Source of the DNA: Phoronis australis
Taxonomy: Eukaryota; Animalia; Phoronida
NCBI GenBank assembly: GCA_002633005.1
Contig: NMRA01000601.1
Location: 46,388 to 110,387 of the forward strand
DNA length: 64,000 nucleotides
Direction: 5' to 3'
Shown here: positions 37,126-49,649 of the stretch, in pieces
Numbering within the stretch: the first letter of the stretch is position 1
How the letters are laid out: each line of letters opens with the position of its first letter
The notes under the pieces: model-generated
The model's input: the letters and a program-made list of their open reading frames with translations, nothing else
The model's database searches: none
What the model was told of the DNA's origin: nothing
Translations under genes and position numbers: made by a program

Positions 37126-39645
37126 TCAGGATTGCATATCTGCCGAGTGTCGAATTACTCGCCAGAAACTGTGCCGGAATGACGAGTCAGCTAGGTTGGA
37201 TTTTGAAATATTTCAACGTCAAAGGTTGGAACTCTATAATTAGTACAAAAAGTGAGACGCGGATGGATCACTTTCCTTTATTCCACCAGATAAGGCGACT
37301 ATAAGGCGATTATTTCACGATTATGTTTTCGTTCGAAAATTGGATACTTTAGTGAAAAGTAAATTGTGCTAAACACGCAATCCGTAGCAAATGAAAAAGA
37401 GACACGTTGGGCCAAAAGCAGGGTAGTAGATTTGTGAACGTCGTTAGCATGAACTCGACAAAGATACTGACAAAAATATTGGGAAATCCTGAAACAAAGA
37501 GAAGTACGAAAGGGCAAGTCTACGTGTACTTGTAGTCATAAGAGTCCCGGACCAATTTTGGACGAAACAAACGGGCGAGCAACTCTCTAAAATGCACCAG
37601 TCTTTATTTTTTCAAACGCATAGGTATTCTAAGAGATTTATCAGTTGGAGTATCAATTTGGTGCTGGTTAGATCAACATAACCTATTTCAAACCAGGAAA
37701 AAACAGGTTGAATTTTTGCAACAGCCGATATCACTGCACTAACCTCCTAGGTTACTCGAGCAACACGACTCACTCACATTCGTAAACTCAGCTTCTCATT
37801 TATAAACTCTGATCACGGACCTGTAGACTCATTTCACTGATTCGCAACGTACTTCTGACGGGTTCACGTCCGCAAACAAACATGCCTATGGACTGCAAAC
37901 ACGACTCAGGCATTGTAAAAGCTATACACGCTGCCCCCCGCGATCTGTTAGCTTCTTATCCATGCAGTGAAAGAGAGTCTTGCGAGACCGTCAGCCTTGC
38001 TTGCTGGGCGGGTTAGCCGTATTTTGAGAGTGCGGACACGAGTTTGAGGATGGGTGAATTGCGTTAACAGGTTCGCCCTTGAGTCGTGTTCATAAGTGCC
38101 TGAGCAGTGTTGTTCGGGTCGACTGATTGAAAAACGAAAGTAATCGCCATCACACTGGATGAAGTTACTGGTTGCATGAAACCGATCTAAAAAGTATTAT
38201 ATTCAATTAATAGACAAAGCTATGACTCTAGTACATCCCGTAACTTGCGACACGAAAAATGAACTACACTTGGTGTCCTGCTGGGCAGTGTCCACTATTT
38301 CACATTTTTAAGTGACCTAAGCCATACAAATGGTCTACACAAGTGGAACAACGTAATCCATCTGTCCAGCCCCCACTGGCCAATGACTCTACATATACTT
38401 ACTTTTAAAGTCGACAAGCGCTCCCTATGGGTAATGTAATCCGCACATGTGTTAACATACGCAACGTAAATAAACAACTTCGCGTCATCGACAGGGTCAA
38501 TCACAGAGGACATTGATCAACGTTGATGGGAAGCAATCAACTGATTTCACCATATTAATAGCTTAGTTAAACATTTAATATTTTACTTCGGGTTTTAAAA
38601 TATTCGACTGAGTAGCCGAGGGCGTGGTCATGTCGATGAATTTCTGGTTGAACACAAAAACTGGAAAAAAATAATGAATTTTTTTTGATGAAAATCCTCC
38701 TTAGTTTCGAATGTTGAAAGAACGCTAAATGAAAAGATGTTAGGTCAAATAGTTTTCGACTTATTTTATTGAATTTGCAGCGAAAGCGATCATGCAGATA
38801 GTGACTCTCCAGTCACACGGCGGCGTTCGTGAACCTGAGCGGAGAACTCTGTGTAAGTAAAAATCTCAAGATCCAACTGGCTTCGCCGATAAATCGGGGC
38901 CCCGGGATCATAAGGAGATTTTCATTTCAAACATTCTGTCACAATCTCATTTACAAGGGGATCCCAAGTAATCTCAATTTAAGTCCACATAACACTTTAA
39001 TTGTTTTCTAAAATGTCAATTGATTACAATTTTAGCATGTGTGCTGATACGCCAACAGCGTGCAAATAAAGCAATTCTGATAGCAGCAGCGAAGGATTGT
39101 TTTCCGAGCCTGACTGTTCAGAACTTGAAACCACGAAGTGGCATGCGTTCTGTGGTTACGGTCTCAGGCTGCAACTGGACATAGCTGGGCGTGGTTTTTT
39201 TCTATATTTTCGTTCGAAGCACAGATGTTTGTCAGATAATTCATGCTATGTTTTCGAATGTTCAGTTCATTGAAAACGCTCTTAGTTAAAATGATATTAC
39301 AACAGAAAAGATGATGTTTTGAAACCAAAATGTTAGGCCTACGCATTGACTCATCCGTTCATTACAGCGAAAAAAATTCCATGTTACCATTTCGTCCCAT
39401 TAATTTTTGACCAGATTCTAAGATCACGTCATTCCAATACTCTTTCCATTCACCAAATACATGGTACAAATAAAAGTCGGTCTAGGAAACGCATGTTGCT
39501 ATCCGTCAGGTCACACAGCAAGTTCCATGTTAACAAAAGAGAGAGTATTTAAAGAATGTTTACACATTTGGTTCCCATTTTGTTTTCACTGTGAGCTGTG
39601 CATTGTACAATTTTTGGCTAGCTGGTCATCTCATTCGATACTTAC

Positions 39646-39705
39646 TTTTTTAGCGATATCAGCAGCAATTCCCGACGGTCTGGCGCGTCCTGTGGTTTGA
39701 TCCAT
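39646..39705 (-). CDS. Myophilin/MP20-like locus, first coding exon E1 (MDQTTGRARPSGIAADIAKK)
   Basis: ACAACCATGG start context, 20 codons, AAA|GTAAGT phase-0 donor. It matches the N-terminal 'PSG(L/I)....KK' of myophilin/MP20. E1+A2+B1+C1 = 190 aa, typical for the family. Confidence 0.85.
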
Positions 39706-41199
39706 GGTTGTGTAGTTGGTTGAGAAAGTTTTATCACTAGGTTCAAGTGGAAATGTTATCTATCGACTGCGAACAACAGCGATTCTTTCCCCGAAGCTAA
39801 CCTTTCCAAAAGCGGCTAGACTAGTGTGTAAAATTCCCCTTGAATGATCAGGTTTCAGTAGAACTTCGAGTTATCTAGACTCTAAACGCATTCTGATTGG
39901 CCGCTAATGTGGCAACGTCACCTGCACGTTGTTTGCTATAGGCAGAACATTCTAGACGCGTTAATTTGGACAAAAAATACGGGGAGGCATTTCGAAGCTA
40001 AATTGCTTATGACTATCAACCTAGGAATTCGAGGTTGACTTCTTGCGTATCACACAGATTTTGTTCATACCAGACTGTGGTTGCGAAATTTTGCGGCGAA
40101 GCAAATTAGTGTAGGCCGGGCATCGTAGGAGTCGGACTGTGTATGATTGTCGATAGACATACATACTAACACGGTTAAACAACATTCAGCTTCCAGATTT
40201 TGTAATCTGATTTGAAAATCGCTGGAGGATTCAGTTGAAGTTATCGCGCCATAGACCAGTAGCAAAAGCCTAACAACTGTTTTTGGTTTATAAAACTGGA
40301 ACAAAGTTTCGCACATTTTCTTTCCCAATTGGCCTTCCTCGGGTGAACCGGAGGAAGGCAGGCATAATGACAATGTTCAAATATATAACGCGCAGTGATG
40401 GTGGAAGCAAGAAGGGTAGTAGTATCCTTGATGGAAGCAAGACCGTCTCATACTGGTGTTAACGTAAATTATTTACTCGCGCTAATGAGACGAAGATAGC
40501 CATCATGGAGTGAGGATAAGTTGTCTGCGGCATGTCGACATATCTCGCAATCTTCGTTATCGTGATCCAGATTTTAGCAGTTTACTAAAAACTTGGAAAA
40601 TTTGCACTTATCTGTGTGAGATCAAATCTGTCCATTGTTCGTCTAGCCTGCTGTGATAAATAACAGACAATCGCTGAAGATCGTTTTAATTTTTTGTTAA
40701 AGGCCACCTATACAGATGTAAGTAAACAGACGTCTCACACATTAATATACGATGGTTTAACCCGACAACGGAAGTCATATAAAAGAAATGTTTTCTTTCG
40801 ATGTGATTATTTTAGGTCGTTGGATTGTGGAGAGGAAACGTTCAATTTATTATAACTGCGTAAAAGAATTTTCTCTTCAATAATGCATTCAGTATTAGAT
40901 GTAGCCGATTTTCAGCAATTACTTAGATATTGCAAATAAAAAGTCATCGGGACTTCGTACTAGTATAGAATGAAGAGGACTATTTAGAAACTAACGTAAG
41001 TGAAGGAAAACACAAAGGATATTGACAGCTTCTTTTAGAATTCCAAACAAACTATGAGGAGCTTCTACGCATCCTGCAGAAATGCCACACATGTTCTGTT
41101 TTGGAAATGTATTCCCATTAACAAATGAACTGTAGTTTTGATTAAAAACTTATCGCAGTGTAAAATAATGAAATAAGTCTTTCGTGAATTTTGCGAACT

Positions 41200-41657
41200 A
41201 TTGTCTTTGTAATTGTTGTGGTTATTCTTGTCGTCGTTGTTTTCATCGTCGTCGTCGGTGCTGTAGTCGTCATTATTGTTATCGTTGTTGTTGATTTTAT
41301 TTTTTCTGTTGTTGTTGCTTTGAAAATACGATGAATGTGGAGAACCACCGCTCGGTTTGTCCTAAGTGTCTAATGATGCACAACCATATGTTGTAGTTTT
41401 TCCAATGTTTTTACGCACGAGACGAACAATCCAGACCAGACTTAAATACACATGTCAAATGATAACGTCAACCATATGGCATAAGGCAAATCTATACGAG
41501 TTGGTTTCGATAGCTGCTGTCTGTCAGAGTATGCGGTTAATTTTCTGGAGATATTTCGTTGCAGTATTTACTAAGACTGAGAATATTACATTATATAAGC
41601 AGCATCACCACCACCGACACCACCTCCACCGTCAACAACAACGACAACAATAACAGC

Positions 41658-41700
<43 letters not shown>

Positions 41701-41892
41701 CCAACAACAACAACAACTAAACGAACGGAGACTAAAACACACTCCTTGTGATAATGTCAATCATATGGCAGGCTCTTATGATTGCTCTTTGCAACAACAA
41801 TAACAAAAACAACAATAACAACAACAACGACGACGACAACAACAACAACAGCAGCCGCAGCAACAACAACAGCAACAACAACAACAACAACT
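41200..41892. repeat. Microsatellite cluster: degenerate (TTG/TCG)n at ~41200-41320, (CAA)n at ~41600-41717 and ~41792-41892
   Basis: Directly visible; produces the poly-T/poly-Q/poly-C pseudo-ORFs. Confidence 0.9.
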
Positions 41893-43399
41893 ACACATGA
41901 AAAAAAAGACAAAATTGATCGAGAGGCTAATTAAGTGAGCGAATCCACACTGCATGTCCAAACATTGTCAAAAAATAACATCTAAGCCATTTATCATTTT
42001 CAACTCGAACGCGCTTACGTTCATTGTTTCACAAAATACTCTAAGAATGAATTGCATTTCAGTGCGCATATTAACGTTTCTTTTGGCAATGGAAAATGTC
42101 TGTTCAAAGGAATAGAAGACATAAACCAACCACGAGGCACCCGCCCGAGAGTATAACGTTTATTGCGTGGATTGAACTTGTCTGTTGCACTTGCAAGAAT
42201 AATTGAAGTAAAAATTTAGCCGCGTTAGCACAAGCTTACCCACCTCCCAAGTCGGTGTTTGTATGAATTTTCAGCCATCAATGAAATTCAAATCCTTTCG
42301 TGGCAAAATTACTTGCTATTGCGCAACACAGCCTCACGCCCACTGATAGCTGCGCTTGTGCGAACGTTGAGACCTTTGGCGAAAAGCCACCCTATCGTCA
42401 TTATTTTTTACCACAACATAATCCTTTTGTAGGATTTTAAGCCTTGGGTCCTTTTGTAGAATGCCACCCCTAAAAGGGAAAAGCGCTCTTCCCTCCCTAA
42501 AGAATCTAGCTAAATTAAGCCGTCATCTGAGCGGGCGGGTCCCATATGGACCCTCCACCGAGCCTGACATATCACGTACGGGATGCAAAACTTGAGATTA
42601 TGAACTTGACGTAATGTGCGCCAGTTATCATTTTAGAAATCCCGTTTGACTTTATCAAATTCTGTCATTCATTCCCAGTTCAAAAGAAAGTCGTTTATCA
42701 AGAATGCGTTATGGTTAAAAAAAGAGAAAAGTGTCATGTTGACCGTATTGTAATGGTACATGTGTCGCAGTCTTCGCAGACGCTTTCTGCCAACACCAGT
42801 AAACATCCAAATGGATCTACAGGTCAAACCGACAACTAAAGTTGTAAATCTGCGAAACATCAAATTTCTTGTTTGTACATGTAGCCTAGGTCAGCGAACG
42901 CAGTTTCAAACCGAAGCTAGTCTAGTATATCGTAAGGTTGGGGTCAACTTGATCCTCTGGCGTTCACTTGAATGCCACAGCAATCTGTTACCGTAATTCA
43001 AAGTAAACACGCCCAAGTTTTACTGTTAACACAAACAAATGCACAAAATATGACGCGTTTAGAAAATAACTTGCGGCATAACTCAATTTTTACAGGAGAA
43101 TTCGTTCGGATTTTGAGTGAGCTCACATTTCCGTGTGGTTTTGCAAAAAAGAATCGCATAAATGGATACATTGGTGGTTACGAAAAGACTTACGGTATGC
43201 CTCCTGGATTTGATATAACACTAATGTCCTAGAACCAGAAGGTTTGTAGATAAAGCGCATTTTTTTGCTCGTTACTAGACTGCCATCAAGCGACTGCTGT
43301 CGACTTATAAGGTATCCAGTGTTTTGATTTACGTATCGGGAATCTCAGATAATGCCTTGACAAGGCCTTTAGTTGGCTATGAAGGGCCAAATGCCCATA

Positions 43400-44430
43400 C
43401 ACAATACATACAAACAAACATGCATGCATGCATAAATACTTACATACATACAGACATGCATGTAATACACCTTCGTTAAAACACGTTTGTTTGATTGCCA
43501 TTTCCCTTACAGAACGTCTCAATTAAACAGCCTTTCCTGACATGTCATGGAGAAAAGATCACTCGACAAATAGGGCCTACATAGTTGGCAGCACCATTAT
43601 GCGATATGTAGAGCAGAATGTCATTAATCTGAAAATCATGGAGGCTCTTCTCATTAGGTTTGAGTACAGAATTCCAGCCTAGGTTTGAGCATAGAACTCT
43701 AGCCCTGGAATGCCAACTCCCGCACGTAACCAATGCATTTTATTACTAGAGCTTGCTACCCGAGAATAGCCGCGAGAGTTTGCATTGAGAATTTCCGGCT
43801 GCCTGCTCGACTTAGTTTTGATCGAGATTTGTAATTATCAAATCAAGCCTAATTTCATTGCTTCATTTTTATTTTGTTATTATTGTTCATCAAGCGAGAC
43901 TCGAGGTACGGTTTCATACAATCAGCGATTTCTTGGCAAAATCGGTCAACAAATCTGACAATTACACTGGCCATTCTCTATAAGCACCGACCTGTGGCCC
44001 TGGGTGGATGCCGGGAGTAGTTTGGCCTCTGGTATCTTTTCAGCTCCAGTAGTACTTCCGCTTTCAAGAACCTGCCAGGAGTTTTTCAACAGGACATTTT
44101 TGGGTGTTAAAATCATGTTACAGTATTTTACGAAAAGAAGTTACATTTGATCTAAATGAAAATTTAGACCCTAAAACAGGTGTGTTTACCAACTTTCGAA
44201 AAATTACTCATAAGTACTTAGCTAAATGTGTGTGTATGTGTGTGCGTGCGTGCGTGCGTATGCGTGTGCGTGTGTTTTACGGATGACGCGAAAAGCAGTT
44301 ACATATTTCTTAAGTGCTCCGTCCATAAGTAAGTTATTACTGGGAAAAATAGTTAAATAATAAATAACCAAATAAATGATAAATAGTTGAACAAATAAAT
44401 AAATAAATGAAATACAAACAAACAAATACG
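43400..44430. repeat. Short simple repeats: (CATA/CATG)n ~43400-43465, (TG)/(TGCG)n ~44226-44275, (AAAT)n ~44355-44427
   Basis: Directly visible tandem repeats. Confidence 0.75.
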
Positions 44431-44945
44431 TCTTTAATGAAAAGGAGTCATATCAAAGTGACGAAATAAAGCGACCTTTCTAAATTGATATGACTACGAT
44501 GCATTGAATATTATCTGCTACAAAAATCAAAAATTAAGCTGACGGGTCAAATATGGCCAACTTCAAAGTAATGCGAATTCAGAACAATACGATACAAAAT
44601 ATACGTAGTGACTCGAGAACCTCGCTGTAACAACAACCACGGCGAAAGAATCACCAGAAAATTACCCTGGTTTACCGAGCATGGCATGTTAACCAGTCAG
44701 TAAACTTATAAGTTGCTTGTGCTAGTATTCGCAGTAAAATAAACTTGTATATTCTAAATTCTTCGGAAGCTTTTATGAGAAGCTTCACTCGGTAAGAAAA
44801 GGTTTCCATTTCCTGGGTAGTGCCACGTGTTGTCTTCGTAGCAGAGTCCGTGAAAACGTGGTTTCCAATGAGAAGAAAACTTCAGCATCGAAACTTCGCA
44901 GCAGATACCAACCAGTGACTGAGTGACTGTGTACACAGTTCTTAA

Positions 44946-46608
44946 AGGAGAATGCCACCCGATTTAATTGGTCTTTTTGCCGTCTTCATCGGTCTATATC
45001 CACATCGCCTCGCATACGGTCGACCTTACCTTGTCAAGAGGTGTCGCGTTAACCTGTGAGGAAGAAACGACGCTAGCGACGTCAGTGGTTCATATGCAGA
45101 GTGAATTCCGCTATGTTGCGGTGCATCGTTCCCGTTTGTCCGAAAGAAGCAACTGCGAGGAAAGCGGGTATATCGTTTTTTACTTCCTCGAGAGTCCGAA
45201 ATGCTTAGGAAGTGGCTCATGGTAGTGAAGAATGAAATGTACGCTGTAAATAGCAAGTATGAGGCCGTGAAACATCTCCGTGTCTGTGGCCTGCAGAAGT
45301 CGACAGTGCCTCACGAATGCCGGCTTACCAAATAACTCCATACGTTCCGTTGTCTGAGCTTGTAGTTCACGGAGCCTCTCTACTATTTCTTCATCACTGT
45401 ATTCCTGTTCGAATTGATAGCCTGTAAAACTTAACGATCCACCTGCGAAGTCGGGACTGATGAACTCTAGCTCGTCCTAAGTCGGGATTGCGAGATGCCA
45501 TGTTGGCGTTTATTACGTACTGAGCGTTCTGTTTCAAAATGAATTATTCTCACCCTAACCAATACTTATATAAATCTGAAACAAAGTCTGTCTCATTAGA
45601 TGCAATTTGTAATGCCTATGGAGTTTTCGTGAGAGCAAATGATTTGAGAAGCCAGCAATGACTGCGTTACCGGCTTTAGGTGCAATAACACTAATTGACG
45701 GGACACCGAGGCCGTGTGAGCTCATGCTAATTTAGTGTTTGCTGGCAGAAACTGTTGTGAAACAATTCGATTTCCATCCCATGGCCAGGTGTTAGGGGAA
45801 TCTTTATTTACATTTACATTACTCAAATAATGATTGCCAATGCACAACTTCTGCCCTGACGGTGCTGTGGCCAAAGCGGAACCTGGATTCGCGGCCCCCG
45901 ACGAGTAAGTAGATTTGCAATTTCGTGGCTAATTCACCAACATAATCACGTGCACATTACTTTGGCTCACTAGTATAGTATTTTCTTGACTGGAAGTTTA
46001 GTTTCCACTGAACTTTGGCTGGTTTATGTTCGTGATGTCTGATCAGTTTCCGAGCCACTGGCCGGGATAACGAGTCAATCCGCCGGGACCGGCCGCGACG
46101 GGCCTGATCAGGCTCCGAGCCACTGGCGAGGATAACAAGCGTTTTGTGTTTAGAACTCAAAAAATCACAAGTCTAAACAACATAGATTTAGGTTCTCCTG
46201 TCTGTATCTCACGGAAAGTACTTCGAAATTATCTCCGAACACACCCCAAACTCCTGCTACGGGCGGACCTGATTGGCTTGTCGAACTTTGTAGGCTACGG
46301 TGTGTCCAAATAGAGCGAAATAAAACAACACGTTTTTATAAGAACTCGGTGTATTTTTAAGGGTTTTACATCGAAGTTTGATGATTTATTGGTGTTAAAC
46401 GCTGACTTCAAGCGATAAGCTGAGACCAGTAACCCGTGTTGTGAACTGCTGAACAGACTGCGTGTGAAACCGATGACGTCATTGGATAATTTCAACACCT
46501 CCGTCTTCAGTCAGGTGTCAGGTAACGCAACTCTACGTGTCGTTATGGAGTAGAACTACTCGATCTAAATTGATACAAATTAGGTTGTTTTTTGGGTGGC
46601 ATACTCCT
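44946..46608 (+). mobile_element. Non-autonomous Kolobok-like DNA transposon, copy 1 (THAP remnant on +, KolX-like N-terminal remnant on -)
   Basis: TTAA on both sides; TIRs AGGAGAATGCCACCC / GGGTGGCATACTCCT (AGG..CCT ends fit Kolobok, whereas piggyBac ends are CCY..RGG). From 45113: MLRCIVPVC...GISFF(fs)LPRESEMLRKWLMVVKN...KHLRVCGL, a THAP pattern. On - from 45501: ...FTGYQFEQEYSDEEI. Confidence 0.8.
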
Positions 46609-49600
46609 TTAAGGTGACACTGTATAGGTAGACTGTAGCCGTGGTCAATTTGTATGAGAAATTAAATATTTGGGGTAGACTATAGGTTTAACATCGGTTC
46701 TAAGGTTAACATTACTGGTAAATTCAGTGAATCTGGATTGGCTGTACTTCGGGAGCAAGTTTTCCGATATGCAATGATTAAACACACTTTTCGTCATTAA
46801 CAGTCTTTATTCCGCTCGGAACAAAATTCTGCAACATTGGTGAGGCCGCAACTGACCAAGAGGCATGATTTAAAGACACACGATATTTGTAAATGTTTCA
46901 TTCCCAAATGGAAATAAAATGACGCGGTAATACCACCACAGAGCATGAGCTGAAAACATACACAGTGGGACACGGCAGGTGTGAAATACTACAAAGAATG
47001 ACAAATGAAGGGGGGGGGGACAGGCCAAGTCACTCAAACAAGTGTAACGTGCAGGCTTCTCAAATGCAATCACAAGGGACTCCAGTACTTTCAATCGCAG
47101 CACATCGTGCTCTATGCACCGAATTGACGTGTTTTCCACAATTTCTTGACGGCGATTTTACGTTGGTGACATTGCAGAAACTGTTCTTGGATGGCGCCAT
47201 TTTGAAGATACATAGATAACCGACAGGAAAGATTGGACACCATTTGACCAATGTAACAACATTGCTTGACATTTGAACGAACCTGGATTGCCAAGTCCAC
47301 TAGTTCAGCTGCAAATACACTTTTCTTCTGCTGGTGCGATTTCATGTAGTCCTCAAACAACTCAAAAATGTAGTTAGATGGCAGCACTTTTGAATCATGT
47401 TTTTGGAATCTGTAGGAAATTTTTAGTGTTGGCTTATTTTTTCTGAGCATTGGCAGGCAAATGGTTGTTTGGGACTGTAAACGGTCAATTTCACACTTTT
47501 TGCTACCCTTTTTAAGGCCTTCGCTCCCCTCTTCGGTGGAAGTGAAAGCCAAAACACAGAATAAAATTTCAATGGTCATGTGTAGCGGTTTTGATGTGAA
47601 TTTTCCAAGGAGGAAAACTAGGTCGCAAGCTGATAATGGCTACACTCTTTCACAGAGCTACGAATGGTAGCACTGTCGGATGTTGTTTAACAAGGTTTCT
47701 CATTGGTTTAAGTAATGAAACTGTCGTCATAACATTCAATCATTCCCATTGGATGAAATCTGGGAAACCATTTTCAGTTTACTGTTACCAATTATGGCGA
47801 CCACCTTTGACTAGGAAGGTTGCATTTTATTAAAACGGGCAGTGATCGAATTGTAAAAAAAATCAAGAGAACCCCGATCCAGTGGCCTACAGTACATAAA
47901 GGCGTGTGCAAGTGGTGGCGATTGGTAGTATAGGCCTACTTCCGACCAAGGCATGCGCATTGATGCCCACATACGGAATTTCATGTGTCGTTCATCATGT
48001 TTCCCCAGGGCCACTTTTCAGTATAGGTAGCGCTGTGTCAGAGGATATATAATGGCAAGCATTTATCGGTAACCGGTACGATACCCATGCGAACTGTATT
48101 GTTATATCCAACAAAAGCACAACAAAAGAAAACATTGATAGTGTCCCATAGGCGATAACCATGCGACGCGCTGAAGTCCGTTTTGGTTACAAGGGTTTTG
48201 ACAGAAAGCCAACTCCAAGTCCAGTGACGTGTGCACTGCCAGGCAAAACCCAGTGACAACTGTTCAGTTTCTCCTAACATAAAAAGTGCTTTCCAACCAA
48301 AACACAAGACGGCGCAACTTTCCAGCCGGTCCTCAGCCTTCTGGTCAACTCGTACCTGTCGCAGCTCACAGAAGGACCTACTTCGGACCAAAGCATTGGA
48401 GGTTGGGGTTTTATTGTGCCATGACACATCTTCCCACTTATTAAAACATTTATCAAATAAGTCTTGCGGGTGAGAATAAGCACCGAACAGAGTAGAAAGG
48501 CCTAATTTAACCCGAACGATTGGTATGATTTAAACACCACAACGCAAGACAAGGTGGAAACGTGTTCTTGTGAGCAAAGAGGTACGTGTTTTGGCCCAAT
48601 CGTGCATCTGTTGAGGAAAATCGTAACATAGGCCATGAGGCTCTGGTCTCATTTGGGCCATGAATGGTCACAAAAACGAGGCCGAGTAATTTAGCAAGTC
48701 TCAGCCTCCAAACAACGAGACATATCGATCCCGTCACTTTAATTCCACGTTGATATCCCCTCGGTAACGGCAACACCAGTAAATTCACCCTCTAGCGCTG
48801 TTATTAGTTCGTAGTAAATGCTCAAAATTGATACAAACCATGTACTACTGTACACTTATTTTAGTATTATACTTCTGATAGGATACTTCATTATGTACAA
48901 AGTAATAAACAATAACAAATACACGGTGTTCTATATAATGTATAAAGCCTTTTTAAATGCAAACACGACACCTACCAGTCGCCAACCGACTAGAGCGACG
49001 TCTTTCGTGAAAATTAGGTATCAGCCACGGTCCCTAGCTGAAGTGATTGTAGGCCACAACACACACACTATCACAACAAATACACTAAAAAGAGACATGC
49101 AGGGTACAGACTACTGTACATGGGATACTAGCAACTGTGTATTTGACCTGTTTACTTCAATGTTGTTAACCAAGCATATGTGGAACGGTTGAACGGTTAG
49201 CTTCAGTCTCATTTTGAAATGCATATGAAGTGTACAGTAAGCTTGTTCAGAGTGTTTCTTCTAATACTTGTACGAAAATGGAGAATTAGCTTACTTTGGT
49301 TAAATTCAATGTAGTGACCATTTTTAGTTTACACATTCAAATGAAAAACTATAAATAATGAATAAACAAGATTGCATATTTAGGTTAATAATGTCTAAGA
49401 TTCTCTTGACAACTGCTGTCAGCTTTATTAGAGTCTGCCATTATCTTGTGTCTTGTTTTACTCACAGGTGTTTATTGAAACGAATGACACCAGTGACGTA
49501 TGCTTAACCAACTTACACAGGGACATATAATTGCGCAACTGAAATAGTTCTCAACATATGATATAGCTGTAAAACTATTATATCCACTATTACGAAAATA

Positions 49601-49649
49601 TCATGCCGTTCTCGAAAGTGCATGAATGAAACTGAAAAGCTTGTATTAA

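Noticed and set aside
41142-41961. Thr-, Gln/His- and Cys-rich ORFs
   Set aside because: Translations of trinucleotide microsatellites.
44946-46608. piggyBac assignment based on TTAA
   Set aside because: The termini are AGG..CCT rather than CCY..RGG, and the THAP and KolX-like stubs fit Kolobok better.
46613-49645. Cargo gene between the Kolobok copies (155-aa and 129-aa ORFs on -)
   Set aside because: No recognisable domain or consistent exon chain; only a short imperfect repeat at ~47931 and ~48373.
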